Origin: Christensenellaceae bacterium Phil7
GTDB taxonomy: Bacteria > Bacillota > Clostridia > Christensenellales > CAG-138
Length of the DNA stretch: 64,000 bases
Reading direction: 5' to 3'
Assembly (NCBI GenBank): GCA_001940845.1
Contig: MSGV01000017.1
Location: 9,864-73,863, forward strand
Of this stretch, positions 1 through 7,904 are shown in pieces. The translations under genes were made by a program, and so were the position numbers. The stretch's first letter is position 1; every line of letters starts with the position of its first letter. Under the pieces are notes generated by a model. It was given only the letters and a program-made list of their open reading frames with translations, did no database searches and was not told the origin of the DNA.

Positions 1-142
1 ATCCGGAAAATGAGGATGCGCCGTCCTGAGAAAATCCGTAGATCAATGCATAGATCAGCAGGTCAGTGCCCTTAAGCCCCAATTCCGATATCATCCAGCC
101 CTGGATGCAAATATAGCTATCGTTTTTTATTAAATCGTTCAT
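1..142 (-). CDS. Phage replication initiator / HTH protein, N-terminal part (runs off the window)
   Basis: Manual translation MNDLIKNDSYICIQGWMISELGLKGTDLLIYALIYGFSQDG resembles the IQGWM..LxLKG..LLxYAxIYGFSQ start of Firmicutes phage replication proteins; AGAAGGA RBS upstream. Confidence 0.7.
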   Translation of the reverse strand, partial: MNDLIKNDSYICIQGWMISELGLKGTDLLIYALIYGFSQDGASSFSG

Positions 143-251
143 TTCCTTCTCCATCAGTATGATTTCAGCCGCGCACAGACAATCCATAAGGATAACTCCT
201 TTTTTGTTTTGTGCGCCAACACCCTATCCGCGCACGGCTGCAACCATCAAC

Positions 252-584
252 CTATGCCGTCCAGCATCTTGCCTTAAAAATTGCCACACCACCAAGCCAA
301 TAGCCAAGCATGTGCAATCCTCTAGGTGTTAAATAAAAATCTGCGTATGATACGCCAGCGATTGGATTATGCCTGATGCCGCCATGATCTGCATATCCCA
401 AACGGTACAGCTGCGTCCATGTCGTATCCGGCAGCCGCACCCGTATAGTGTTGTATGGCATATAAAAAATCATGGTATTGCGGCTGTAATGCGGTCGCTT
501 TGTGTTTGGTCTGACAAACTTGTCATCAAAGCCGATACATTTTTGCATTGCAGCAAATGCTGCATCATCCGGACAATACATCAT
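252..584 (-). CDS. Phage hypothetical protein
   Basis: Start re-assigned to ATG 584 after a GGAGGTG RBS; TGATG overlap with the upstream ORF. Confidence 0.6.
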   Translation of the reverse strand: MMYCPDDAAFAAMQKCIGFDDKFVRPNTKRPHYSRNTMIFYMPYNTIRVRLPDTTWTQLYRLGYADHGGIRHNPIAGVSYADFYLTPRGLHMLGYWLGGVAIFKARCWTA

Positions 585-865
585 CACACCTCCCCGATAA
601 CTATCAGGAGCTGAGACGGTATGCGCTGCGTAGTGTCTGCAAGCGCGATCAAATCCTCGCCATCGATGTCGACATCCAGCAGCAAGCTTATTGATTTGCC
701 ATCTATGCTGATCGGGCATCCACTGCAAAACCACTTATGCACATACGATGTATGCCGCTGGTCTTTTGGCAAATACAGATAATCACTTAAGGCTCGATGC
801 AAGATTGCTGCGCGTAAAATAAGCTCCGGATGCAGCTCTCTTACTTTTTTTGCTTGTCTAGCCAT
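584..865 (-). CDS. Phage hypothetical protein
   Basis: 93 aa ORF with GGAGGT RBS directly after the recombinase stop. Confidence 0.6.
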   Translation of the reverse strand: MARQAKKVRELHPELILRAAILHRALSDYLYLPKDQRHTSYVHKWFCSGCPISIDGKSISLLLDVDIDGEDLIALADTTQRIPSQLLIVIGEV

Positions 866-879
866 ATATTTTTACCTCC

Positions 880-1695
880 CTACCATGTAACTGCCGCATC
901 CATGGCGGCTTGCTGCTGCGCCTGAGATAAGCGCAGATATATGCTCGTGGTCGTTACGCTGCTATGCCCTAAAATATCCGCAAGCAGCGATAGATTGTTA
1001 TTGTTTTGTAAAAAATTGATCGCAAAGAGATGGCGGAATGAGTGCGGATGCGCATTTTCCGCCGGAATGCCATATCGCTGCGCATGTACACGCAGCATCT
1101 TGCGTATGCCGCCATCGGTCATAGGTTTGCCGTGCGCATTGCGGCAGATCAGATCATCGTGTGCCAAATTGTCAAATACCGATATCACATCCTCCGATAG
1201 GCGGCGCGGAAAGATGATCGTGCGCTGTTTGCCCTTGCTATACACATCCATACGCCCTCTATCCAAATCGCTGCGTCTTACCAGCAGCAGCTCGCTCACG
1301 CGCATCCCCGTCATTGCCAACATGCGATAATAGATCGCCCACCTGATATTGCCATCCTCGACCAAACCATCGATAAGGCGGCGGTATTGGTCAGCCGTTA
1401 TAACATTATCGATGGAGTGCGTGTGCTGCCGCTTGACCGACTTGACATCGCAGACAATACCTCTAAAGGAGCAATATTTGCGCATAGCACATAGCCGCTG
1501 ATTGACCGTTGCAGCACTCCTGCTGCGGGATAGATGATGTTTCCATCTCACGATCGTTGCCTTGCACAGCTCGTCCGCCCCAGCAAATGCATGGTAGCTT
1601 GCAACGGCTGCCATATAGCTGCTGACAGTGGCATCAGCCGCCTCGCTATCGATCAAGTACTCCCGGAAGGCATCCATATCATGTTGTATCTCCAT
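880..1695 (-). CDS. Tyrosine recombinase (XerC/D-like), internal to the prophage
   Basis: Catalytic motifs GMRVSEL (R), KGK (K), HPHSFRH (H-x-x-R) and LGHSSVTTTSIY (H, Y). Confidence 0.92.
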   Translation of the reverse strand: MEIQHDMDAFREYLIDSEAADATVSSYMAAVASYHAFAGADELCKATIVRWKHHLSRSRSAATVNQRLCAMRKYCSFRGIVCDVKSVKRQHTHSIDNVITADQYRRLIDGLVEDGNIRWAIYYRMLAMTGMRVSELLLVRRSDLDRGRMDVYSKGKQRTIIFPRRLSEDVISVFDNLAHDDLICRNAHGKPMTDGGIRKMLRVHAQRYGIPAENAHPHSFRHLFAINFLQNNNNLSLLADILGHSSVTTTSIYLRLSQAQQQAAMDAAVTW

Positions 1696-1727
1696 CGCTT
1701 ATAGCCCTCCTCAAAGCCCCTAAAAGC

Positions 1728-1755
1728 ACTACCGATAATAGCTGTTATCGGTACT
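1728..1755. other. Putative tyrosine-recombinase site (11-6-11, dif-like)
   Basis: ACTACCGATAA-TAGCTG-TTATCGGTACT; the arms are inverted repeats with 10/11 identity, 33 bp upstream of the recombinase start. Confidence 0.65.
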
Positions 1756-1784
1756 ACAGGCATTATTACCTCCACCATTCATCA

Positions 1785-1886
1785 TCAGTTGACCCCGTTT
1801 AACGCCGCCTCGATCAGGCAGGCGATTGGCGCTAATGCAGCGCCAAGCAATACTGCGAAAATAAGTGCTATTAATCCCGGTTCCAT
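1785..1886 (-). CDS. Small hydrophobic phage peptide (33 aa)
   Basis: MEPGLIALIFAVLLGAALAPIACLIEAALNGVN, preceded by AAGGAGAGGG; below the ORF-track length cutoff. Confidence 0.5.
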   Translation of the reverse strand: MEPGLIALIFAVLLGAALAPIACLIEAALNGVN

Positions 1887-1901
1887 GCTTGTCCCTCTCC
1901 T

Positions 1902-2216
1902 TTATGCAATTTGATTTCCGTTGCGGTCATGCAGCATATATCCGCACCACTTAGCGAGTAGCTTGCAAGCGTCCTCCGGCTCCATAAGCTCCATATTGTT
2001 ATCGGCATCAGCCGGAAATTCTTCCGGCACTATAAAAAGCTGCATATATAAATTCCCGCTCATTCCCTGGTCGAAGAGCTCTTGGAGAGCATCAGCGTAA
2101 CCAACCTTGCCGTCTTTGCGCTTGGGGAAAAACCTCCAGCTAACAGGGTTCTCAGGACAACTGTCACAGTCAACATATCGTCCGCTATATCTATCCATAT
2201 CCATACCTCCAATCAA
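1902..2216 (-). CDS. Phage hypothetical protein
   Basis: ORF in the co-oriented early operon; GGAGGT RBS near the start. Confidence 0.55.
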   Translation of the reverse strand: MIGGMDMDRYSGRYVDCDSCPENPVSWRFFPKRKDGKVGYADALQELFDQGMSGNLYMQLFIVPEEFPADADNNMELMEPEDACKLLAKWCGYMLHDRNGNQIA

Positions 2217-2221
2217 ATCTA

Positions 2222-2827
2222 CTAAGCAAACATGTCGTTATCATCCTGATCTTGTATTTCTAATTCCCCTCCGTCAGTGCCCGGACAAGGTATAACCATG
2301 CCGCAAACAACATCGCCCTCCGGGAAATTCTCATCGCACACAGATCCCAAATATACAGGCGGCTCATCAATAGGCGTGTGCGAAAAGAATAAAGATGTGT
2401 TTTCTGCATCCATATCTGCGATCGCCTGAACCGGAATTGCAAATGTTGAATATGCAGCATCTTCTGGGCTGGCAGCTCTGACCAGCGCTTTTGTATGGCA
2501 GCAGTCACATTCGACGAGATATAATCTGCTCTCGCAATAATAAACTTTTAGCTCGCACCCGCACCGATAGCAGCTGATGCCGGACCTAGATGATAAATAA
2601 TCCCATCCTCCATCCCTAGCATCAAATATCTCGTGGCATATTTGATCGACGTTAGCAGTGCAAGCATCCATCAATATTTGCCAAAACTTTTCTCGCTCCG
2701 ATAGAGCTGTAAAATTTTGCCTATATTTGTTATTGCTTTGCCCAGGTCGCTGCAGCTTATCGCTTGCATCATCCACCAATTTTTTGCAATGCTTTAAAAT
2801 CGGCTCAATGTCTACGTATTTAGCCAT
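2222..2827 (-). CDS. Phage hypothetical protein with a zinc-ribbon (Lar-like) segment
   Basis: CYRC...CDCC cysteine pairs; MAKYVD start typical of phage early genes. Confidence 0.55.
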   Translation of the reverse strand: MAKYVDIEPILKHCKKLVDDASDKLQRPGQSNNKYRQNFTALSEREKFWQILMDACTANVDQICHEIFDARDGGWDYLSSRSGISCYRCGCELKVYYCESRLYLVECDCCHTKALVRAASPEDAAYSTFAIPVQAIADMDAENTSLFFSHTPIDEPPVYLGSVCDENFPEGDVVCGMVIPCPGTDGGELEIQDQDDNDMFA

Positions 2828-2833
2828 TTTTTA

Positions 2834-3331
2834 TCACCCCGCAGTAACCTGATCGAAAATGCCAGGGCTGTCAAACCCATCAAACAGATCCTCTGCAACA
2901 ATGTGCCCATGCTCGTCCAATAGGATACATGCAGCATCATCGCCGTAGATGTCGCTCTCCATAAGGTAAAATTTATATCCGCCGATTACCCGATGGTCGA
3001 TCGTATGCCATGTGCCGCAGTGACCGGGTATACATAGGCCGGATGTGTCTGCGCTGATTATGCCGTCCTTTTTGCTGGTCGCTATCTCTCCGGCACAGGC
3101 TGCATACCCCGCCAGATCTACAAAGCTGTCCGCCTTATCGCCTGCCTTAATGCGCGCAACTTTAAGCAGTGCCAGCATTATTGCAACATCCTTCGCCGTA
3201 AATTTCGTTCCGGTGTAAGCCTCCCACAGCTTACCTATGAGCGCAAAACAATCCTCCGGCTTGCCGTAGTCGTGCTCGCGCTGCCCGCACACGCACTTCT
3301 CTGCCTCTTTCAAAATCTCTGATCTTCGCAT
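2834..3331 (-). CDS. DUF6378-like phage protein with an extra C-terminal domain
   Basis: R.EIL.EA.KCVCGQRE.DYG.PED.F..I..LW..Y and DSFVDLAGYAACAGE motifs; start at ATG 3331 after GGAGGT. Confidence 0.7.
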   Translation of the reverse strand: MRRSEILKEAEKCVCGQREHDYGKPEDCFALIGKLWEAYTGTKFTAKDVAIMLALLKVARIKAGDKADSFVDLAGYAACAGEIATSKKDGIISADTSGLCIPGHCGTWHTIDHRVIGGYKFYLMESDIYGDDAACILLDEHGHIVAEDLFDGFDSPGIFDQVTAG

Positions 3332-3555
3332 GGTTGTCCAACCTCCAATTCGTATTTTGCCCATCTGGTTTTTTCGCCAAAGCGATTTTTGCCATCAACT
3401 ATTTCGCGGCGTATCTTATAGCCCATTTGCTTAAGGTCACAAATCCTTGCACCCAAGCGCATGATCCCGTATTCCTGCAGCGCGTCCATCGGCGTTATAG
3501 AGCCGTACACCTGCATGTGCCTTAAAACTTGCTCGTTTTGCGTCATAAGTATCAC
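3310..3555 (-). CDS. Phage winged-HTH protein
   Basis: TQNEQVLRHM..YGSITPMDAL.EYGIMRLGARICDLK..GY motif. Confidence 0.7.
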   Translation of the reverse strand: MILMTQNEQVLRHMQVYGSITPMDALQEYGIMRLGARICDLKQMGYKIRREIVDGKNRFGEKTRWAKYELEVGQPCEDQRF

Positions 3556-3591
3556 CTCTCTTGCCCTGTGCTTGTCCGTCAGGGACGGAGC

Positions 3592-3774
3592 TCATCCGTC
3601 CGCCCCGCTGCATTCTGCGGCGGAAGCCGACAGTGCGTCCAGTGCGTTGCGAGTGATTCTGCGCAATATTGCATCAATCTCATCTTGAGTCTTATCTCTG
3701 CAATAATCGTCACAGATCCTTATCAGCGTGTTACCTATCTTAAATTCCTCGACCACATGTCCGGTATCGATCAC
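3592..3774 (-). CDS. Small phage protein (60 aa), candidate recombination directionality factor
   Basis: GTG start after AGAGGGGGTG; IGNTLIRICDDYCRDKTQDEIDAILRRI; first gene downstream of cro; RDF role is inference only. Confidence 0.55.
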   Translation of the reverse strand: MIDTGHVVEEFKIGNTLIRICDDYCRDKTQDEIDAILRRITRNALDALSASAAECSGADG

Positions 3775-3802
3775 TATTAACACCCCCTCTACGCATTAAG
3801 TC

Positions 3803-3831
3803 TATTTATGCGGTTATTTGTCCTATTACTC
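3803..3831 (-). promoter_or_regulatory. Sigma-E-like (mother-cell sporulation) promoter candidate
   Basis: GAGTAAT-14 bp-CATAAATA, a partial match to the B. subtilis sigma-E consensus (T/G)(A/C)ATA(A/T)(A/T)-14-CATACA(A/C)T. Confidence 0.4.
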
Positions 3832-3892
3832 AGGAACTGATGCAATATCCGTAACTAACAGTTTTCGAATTAGTTTCTGCTTTCATTTTTTG

Positions 3893-4093
3893 TTAACATC
3901 GCAGGTCGCCGTCATCTTCAAATAACTCATACACAGAACAATTTAAAATCTGCGCAATGCGCTTGATCGTAGAAATAGAAGGATTTCTCTTTCCGCTTTC
4001 GATGTTGCTTAATGCGGGCTGCGATATATTAGCTTGTTTAGCAAGCTCGCATTGTTTTATGTTGCGAAGTTTTCGTATAGCTTTTATTCGCAT
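3893..4093 (-). CDS. Cro-like XRE HTH regulator
   Basis: IKQCELAKQANISQPALSNIESGKRNPS HTH; ATG 4093 with TAAGGAG RBS; divergent from cI. Confidence 0.88.
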   Translation of the reverse strand: MRIKAIRKLRNIKQCELAKQANISQPALSNIESGKRNPSISTIKRIAQILNCSVYELFEDDGDLRC

Positions 4094-4124
4094 GTTAGTC
4101 TCCTTATCGACTTTTCCTATTGCT

Positions 4125-4153
4125 ATTATACAGCAGATTTCAGGGCATGTCAA
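4125..4153 (-). promoter_or_regulatory. Consensus sigma-A promoter of the cro (lytic) operon
   Basis: TTGACA-17 bp-TATAAT on the minus strand. Confidence 0.8.
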
Positions 4154-4177
4154 TAGCTATATGAAAAGATTTTATTA

Positions 4178-4206
4178 TTGATTTTTATTTCTGTTAGCTA
4201 TAAAAT
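4178..4206 (+). promoter_or_regulatory. Probable cI (lysogenic) promoter
   Basis: TTGATT-17 bp-TAAAAT. Confidence 0.5.
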
Positions 4207-4233
4207 AATTATAGAACGAAGAAAGGAATATTT

Positions 4234-4839
4234 ATGAATCAAATAAAGAAAATAAGGGAATCCAGAGGAATATCTCAAAAGGAACTGGCAATTGTGATGA
4301 AAACAGCGCAGCCAACTGTTTGTAACTGGGAAAACGGAACCCGTGTCCCGTCTCACAACAATGTCCTTAAATTAGCCGAATACTTCCATGTATCTGCGGA
4401 CTATATAATGGGTTTAGAGAAAGATGAACCAAAGAAAGAAACTAATATTGGCTTTAGAATACCTATCTTAGGTCGCGTCCCTGCCGGTATCCCGCTGGAA
4501 GCAATAGAGGATATCATCGGCTATGAAGAGATCCCGCAGAGCTGGCTCGATGGGAACCGCGAATATTTTGCAACCAAGGTACAGGGCGATAGTATGTACC
4601 CTAAATACATCGAGGGAGACATCATCATCGTCCGCAAGCAGCCAACCTGCGAAAGTGGACAAGACTGCATCGTGTACGTCAACGGATATGACGCAACATT
4701 AAAAAAGGTTATTATGCTGCCCGATGGCGGAATACAGCTCACGCCCATAAACACTATGTACTCGCCAAAAACTTATCGTGATGGAGATGAGCCGATAAGC
4801 ATTGCTGGTGTTGTCGTTGAAATAAGACGAAAACCATAA
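4234..4839 (+). CDS. CI/LexA-like phage repressor (XRE HTH + S24 peptidase)
   Basis: N-terminal HTH, IPILGRVPAG cleavage loop, GDSMYP catalytic Ser, ATLKK catalytic Lys. Confidence 0.93.
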   Translation: MNQIKKIRESRGISQKELAIVMKTAQPTVCNWENGTRVPSHNNVLKLAEYFHVSADYIMGLEKDEPKKETNIGFRIPILGRVPAGIPLEAIEDIIGYEEIPQSWLDGNREYFATKVQGDSMYPKYIEGDIIIVRKQPTCESGQDCIVYVNGYDATLKKVIMLPDGGIQLTPINTMYSPKTYRDGDEPISIAGVVVEIRRKP

Positions 4840-4841
4840 AT

Positions 4842-5570
4842 TTGATGGAGAGGAATTTTATAAGAAAGCGCATATATGGAATTGTTTCCGCTTCCGATGA
4901 GAAGAGTAAAAGCGGAAGTATTTATAACTTGATAATGATGTTTTTTATCATTATCAGCCTAATTCCACTTGCGTTTAAAGCCGATAGCACATTTTTCTTC
5001 ATTCTGGATAAGGTTTGCGTCTCGGTCTTTATTTTGGATTATGCGCTCCGGCTCATAACAGCCGATTATAAGTATGGTAAAAAATCCATTTTATCATTTG
5101 TTAGATATCCATTTTCATTCATGGCAATAATTGATTTGATCTCAATATTACCATCCTTGACAGTATTAAATAACGGCTTTAAAGTTTTGCGAATAATGCG
5201 CATGGTTAGGGCATTAAGAGTTCTTAGGGTTTTTAAAGCGGCAAGGTATTCCAAAAGCATCAGAATTATAGCGGCTGTGTTTAAAAAATCAAAGGAACCG
5301 CTTACGGCTGTAGGCACTTTGGCAATTGCATATGTGCTGATCTCTGCGCTTATCATCTTTAATGTTGAGCCTGATTCGTTTAATAGTTTTTTTGATGCGG
5401 TTTATTGGGCAACCGTTTCCCTGACAACTATGGGATATGGTGATATTTACCCGGTAACGACAGCCGGACGCATCGTGACCATGATTTCTTCGATATTCGG
5501 CATAGCAATCGTTGCGCTGCCATCGGGCATCATAACCGCCGGATATATGAGTGAAATAAATAAAAATTAA
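4842..5570 (+). CDS. Voltage-gated-type potassium channel (6TM ion transporter) carried by the prophage
   Basis: S4-like Arg repeat LRIMRMVRALRVLRVFKAAR; pore helix and filter YWATVSLTTMGYGDIYP. Confidence 0.9.
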   Translation: MMERNFIRKRIYGIVSASDEKSKSGSIYNLIMMFFIIISLIPLAFKADSTFFFILDKVCVSVFILDYALRLITADYKYGKKSILSFVRYPFSFMAIIDLISILPSLTVLNNGFKVLRIMRMVRALRVLRVFKAARYSKSIRIIAAVFKKSKEPLTAVGTLAIAYVLISALIIFNVEPDSFNSFFDAVYWATVSLTTMGYGDIYPVTTAGRIVTMISSIFGIAIVALPSGIITAGYMSEINKN

Positions 5571-5584
5571 AGGAGTAACCAACC

Positions 5585-6334
5585 ATGAAGTCAAAACCAA
5601 TAACCATCTTTTTGTTGTCCGCACTTGTTATGCTCTCTCTCGCATTCTTCGGATGCTCATACTCCCCCGAACTGCTTTTTACATCCGATCCAACCTCAAC
5701 ACCTGAGCTGACCTCAACGCCTGAGCCGTCCTCAACGCCTGAGCCGTCCTCAACGCCTGAGCCGTCCTCAACGCCTGAGTCGTCCTCAACGTCTGAGCCG
5801 TCCTCAACACCTGAGCCGTCCTCAACGCCTGAGTCAACTTCAGCTCCGAAACCGACTTCAACCCCCAAGCCAACTGCAACCCCGGAACCAACTTCAACTT
5901 CGAAGCCGACTGCAACCCCCAAGCCAACTGCAACTTCGAAGCCGACTGCAACTCCGAAGCCAACTTCAACCCCCAAGCCAAAGCCAACTCCAAAGCCGAC
6001 TGCAACTCCGAAGCCAACACACTCTTCCGATACTACCGTTGGCGACTTAGATTATACAGAATGGCAAGGAAAGTATGTTGGCAGCAGCGAGAGTGATAAA
6101 TACCATACTCATGGGTGCAGGGCAGGCAATAATATTTTATTATCCAATGTCATTTGGTTTAAATCAGCCGATGATGCTAAATCCCACGGTTATAAGCCAT
6201 GCGGCATATGTCTTGGTCATAAGGCTGAAGCCAGCTTGAGGAATGATTTCGCCGTTGCCATCGTGCCGCTCAGTACGCAGATCTTGGAGGTGCGCCATGC
6301 CATATTGCCTGTATGTAAGGAAATCGAGAGCTGA
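5585..6334 (+). CDS. Lipoprotein with a Pro/Thr stalk and a C-terminal Ada-like Zn-binding motif
   Basis: Signal peptide ending LAFFGC; STPEPS and KPTATP repeats; YVGS..SDKYH..GC...GYKPCGIC. Confidence 0.75.
   Translation: MKSKPITIFLLSALVMLSLAFFGCSYSPELLFTSDPTSTPELTSTPEPSSTPEPSSTPEPSSTPESSSTSEPSSTPEPSSTPESTSAPKPTSTPKPTATPEPTSTSKPTATPKPTATSKPTATPKPTSTPKPKPTPKPTATPKPTHSSDTTVGDLDYTEWQGKYVGSSESDKYHTHGCRAGNNILLSNVIWFKSADDAKSHGYKPCGICLGHKAEASLRNDFAVAIVPLSTQILEVRHAILPVCKEIES
5694..6018 (+). repeat. Two adjacent 18-bp coding tandem repeat tracts (STPEPS, then KPTATP/KPTSTP)
   Basis: ctcaacgcctgagccgtc units followed by aagccaactgcaaccccc-like units. Confidence 0.85.
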
Positions 6335-7886
6335 CGCGGAAGCCGAAGCCCGTGGCGAGGGAGAAACGCTGACGCGCCATATCAATGCATTGCTGGAGCT
6401 AGCAAAGCGGAGACAGCTTAATGTCACCAAAATATATCGTGAAATTGTCTCCGGCGATACCATTGCAGCCCGTCCGATCGCTCAACAGCTGCTGAACGAA
6501 GTCGGTCAAGGCATGTGGGATGGTGTGCTCGTTATGGAGGTCGAGCGTCTTGCTCGCGGCGATACCATAGATCAGGGCATTGTCGCTCAGACGTTCAAAT
6601 TTTCCGGCACTCGGATCATCACTCCAATCAAGGACTACGATCCGAACGATGAATTTGACGAGGAATATTTCGAATTCGGACTTTTTATGTCTCGCAGAGA
6701 GTATAAGACCATAAACCGTCGTCTCCAGCGTGGTCGCTTGGCATCGGTAAAGGAGGGTAAGTGGCTGGGCAGCTGCGCGCCTTACGGCTATGAGCGGGTT
6801 AAGCTTGCTAACGATAAGGGCTGCACCCTTGCTCCGTATCCGCCGGAGGCGGAGATAGTGACCTTGATTTTTAGTTTATATACTCAAGGCGAGCAACAGA
6901 ATGACGGCACATTTCGGCGATTGGGAGTATCTCTCATTGTCCGCAAATTAAATGAGCTGCGCATCCGTCCCAGGGTTAGCGAGCACTGGTCTCCTGCAAC
7001 GATAAGGGACATCCTTATCAACCCCGTATACATAGGTAAAATAAGGTGGAATTGGCGACATGGAGTAAAAAAGATGGTCGATGGGCAGGTGCGAGAATTT
7101 AGACCCAGAGCACCGATAGAAGATTGCATCTTGGTCGATGGTTTGCATCCCGCCATCGTTGACAACGAGACGTTTGCTTTAGCACAGGAGTACATGGCAA
7201 ATAATCCGCGCCAACCCGTACCGGCAAGGCAAAAAGTAATGAATCCCCTTGCAGGGCTTGTCATCTGCGCAAAATGCGGGCGCAGAATGACGCGCCGTCC
7301 ATACGGTGGACGGCAGCCGGAAACCTTAATGTGCAAGGATACCGCCTGTGATAACATATCATCAGCCTTGCACCTCGTGGAAGCTCGCATCCTCGATGCC
7401 CTGCGCAATTGGCTCGCTGAATACAAGCTGCAATTGGGCGAGGATTCCTCCGCCGCAAACAATAAAGTCGTTGCAGCGGCGAATGAAAAGGCGCTCCAGC
7501 AGCTAACCGCAGAGCACGCAACGCTTTGCAAGCAGCTCGATAATATTTACGATCTGCTCGAGCAGGGGATCTACACCACCGATCAGTTTCTCGATCGCTC
7601 CCGCAAGCTCTCCGAGCGCATATCTCAAAACGAGCATGATGCGGCTGTCTTAAATAAATCCCTTGCCGCCGATAAAATGCGAGAGATCAGCCGCCGTCAG
7701 CTTATACCCAAAGTAGAGCACGTGCTGGAGGTGTATTCATCCCTTCCATCCGCTAAAGCAAAAAACGATATGCTGAAAGAGGTGCTGGAAAAGGTCGTCT
7801 ACATAAAAACATCCGATGTGCGTAAAGGCGGATCGCCGGACAATTTTCAAATTACCATCTATCCCAAGTTGCCCAAAACCGATTGA
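6297..7886 (+). CDS. Large serine recombinase (phage integrase)
   Basis: YCLYVRKSR catalytic Ser, ERLARG, APYGY, recombinase domain, CAKCG..C..C zinc ribbon, coiled coil; ATG 6297 after GGAGGTG. Confidence 0.95.
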   Translation: MPYCLYVRKSRADAEAEARGEGETLTRHINALLELAKRRQLNVTKIYREIVSGDTIAARPIAQQLLNEVGQGMWDGVLVMEVERLARGDTIDQGIVAQTFKFSGTRIITPIKDYDPNDEFDEEYFEFGLFMSRREYKTINRRLQRGRLASVKEGKWLGSCAPYGYERVKLANDKGCTLAPYPPEAEIVTLIFSLYTQGEQQNDGTFRRLGVSLIVRKLNELRIRPRVSEHWSPATIRDILINPVYIGKIRWNWRHGVKKMVDGQVREFRPRAPIEDCILVDGLHPAIVDNETFALAQEYMANNPRQPVPARQKVMNPLAGLVICAKCGRRMTRRPYGGRQPETLMCKDTACDNISSALHLVEARILDALRNWLAEYKLQLGEDSSAANNKVVAAANEKALQQLTAEHATLCKQLDNIYDLLEQGIYTTDQFLDRSRKLSERISQNEHDAAVLNKSLAADKMREISRRQLIPKVEHVLEVYSSLPSAKAKNDMLKEVLEKVVYIKTSDVRKGGSPDNFQITIYPKLPKTD

Positions 7887-7904
7887 TAACATATTGGGTA
7901 TAAA

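Noticed and set aside
590-610. Second CCGATAA half-site that might indicate an integron-like cassette array for the tyrosine recombinase
   Set aside because: No matching right arm at 6-bp spacing, and no similar sites at the other gene junctions visible in the window
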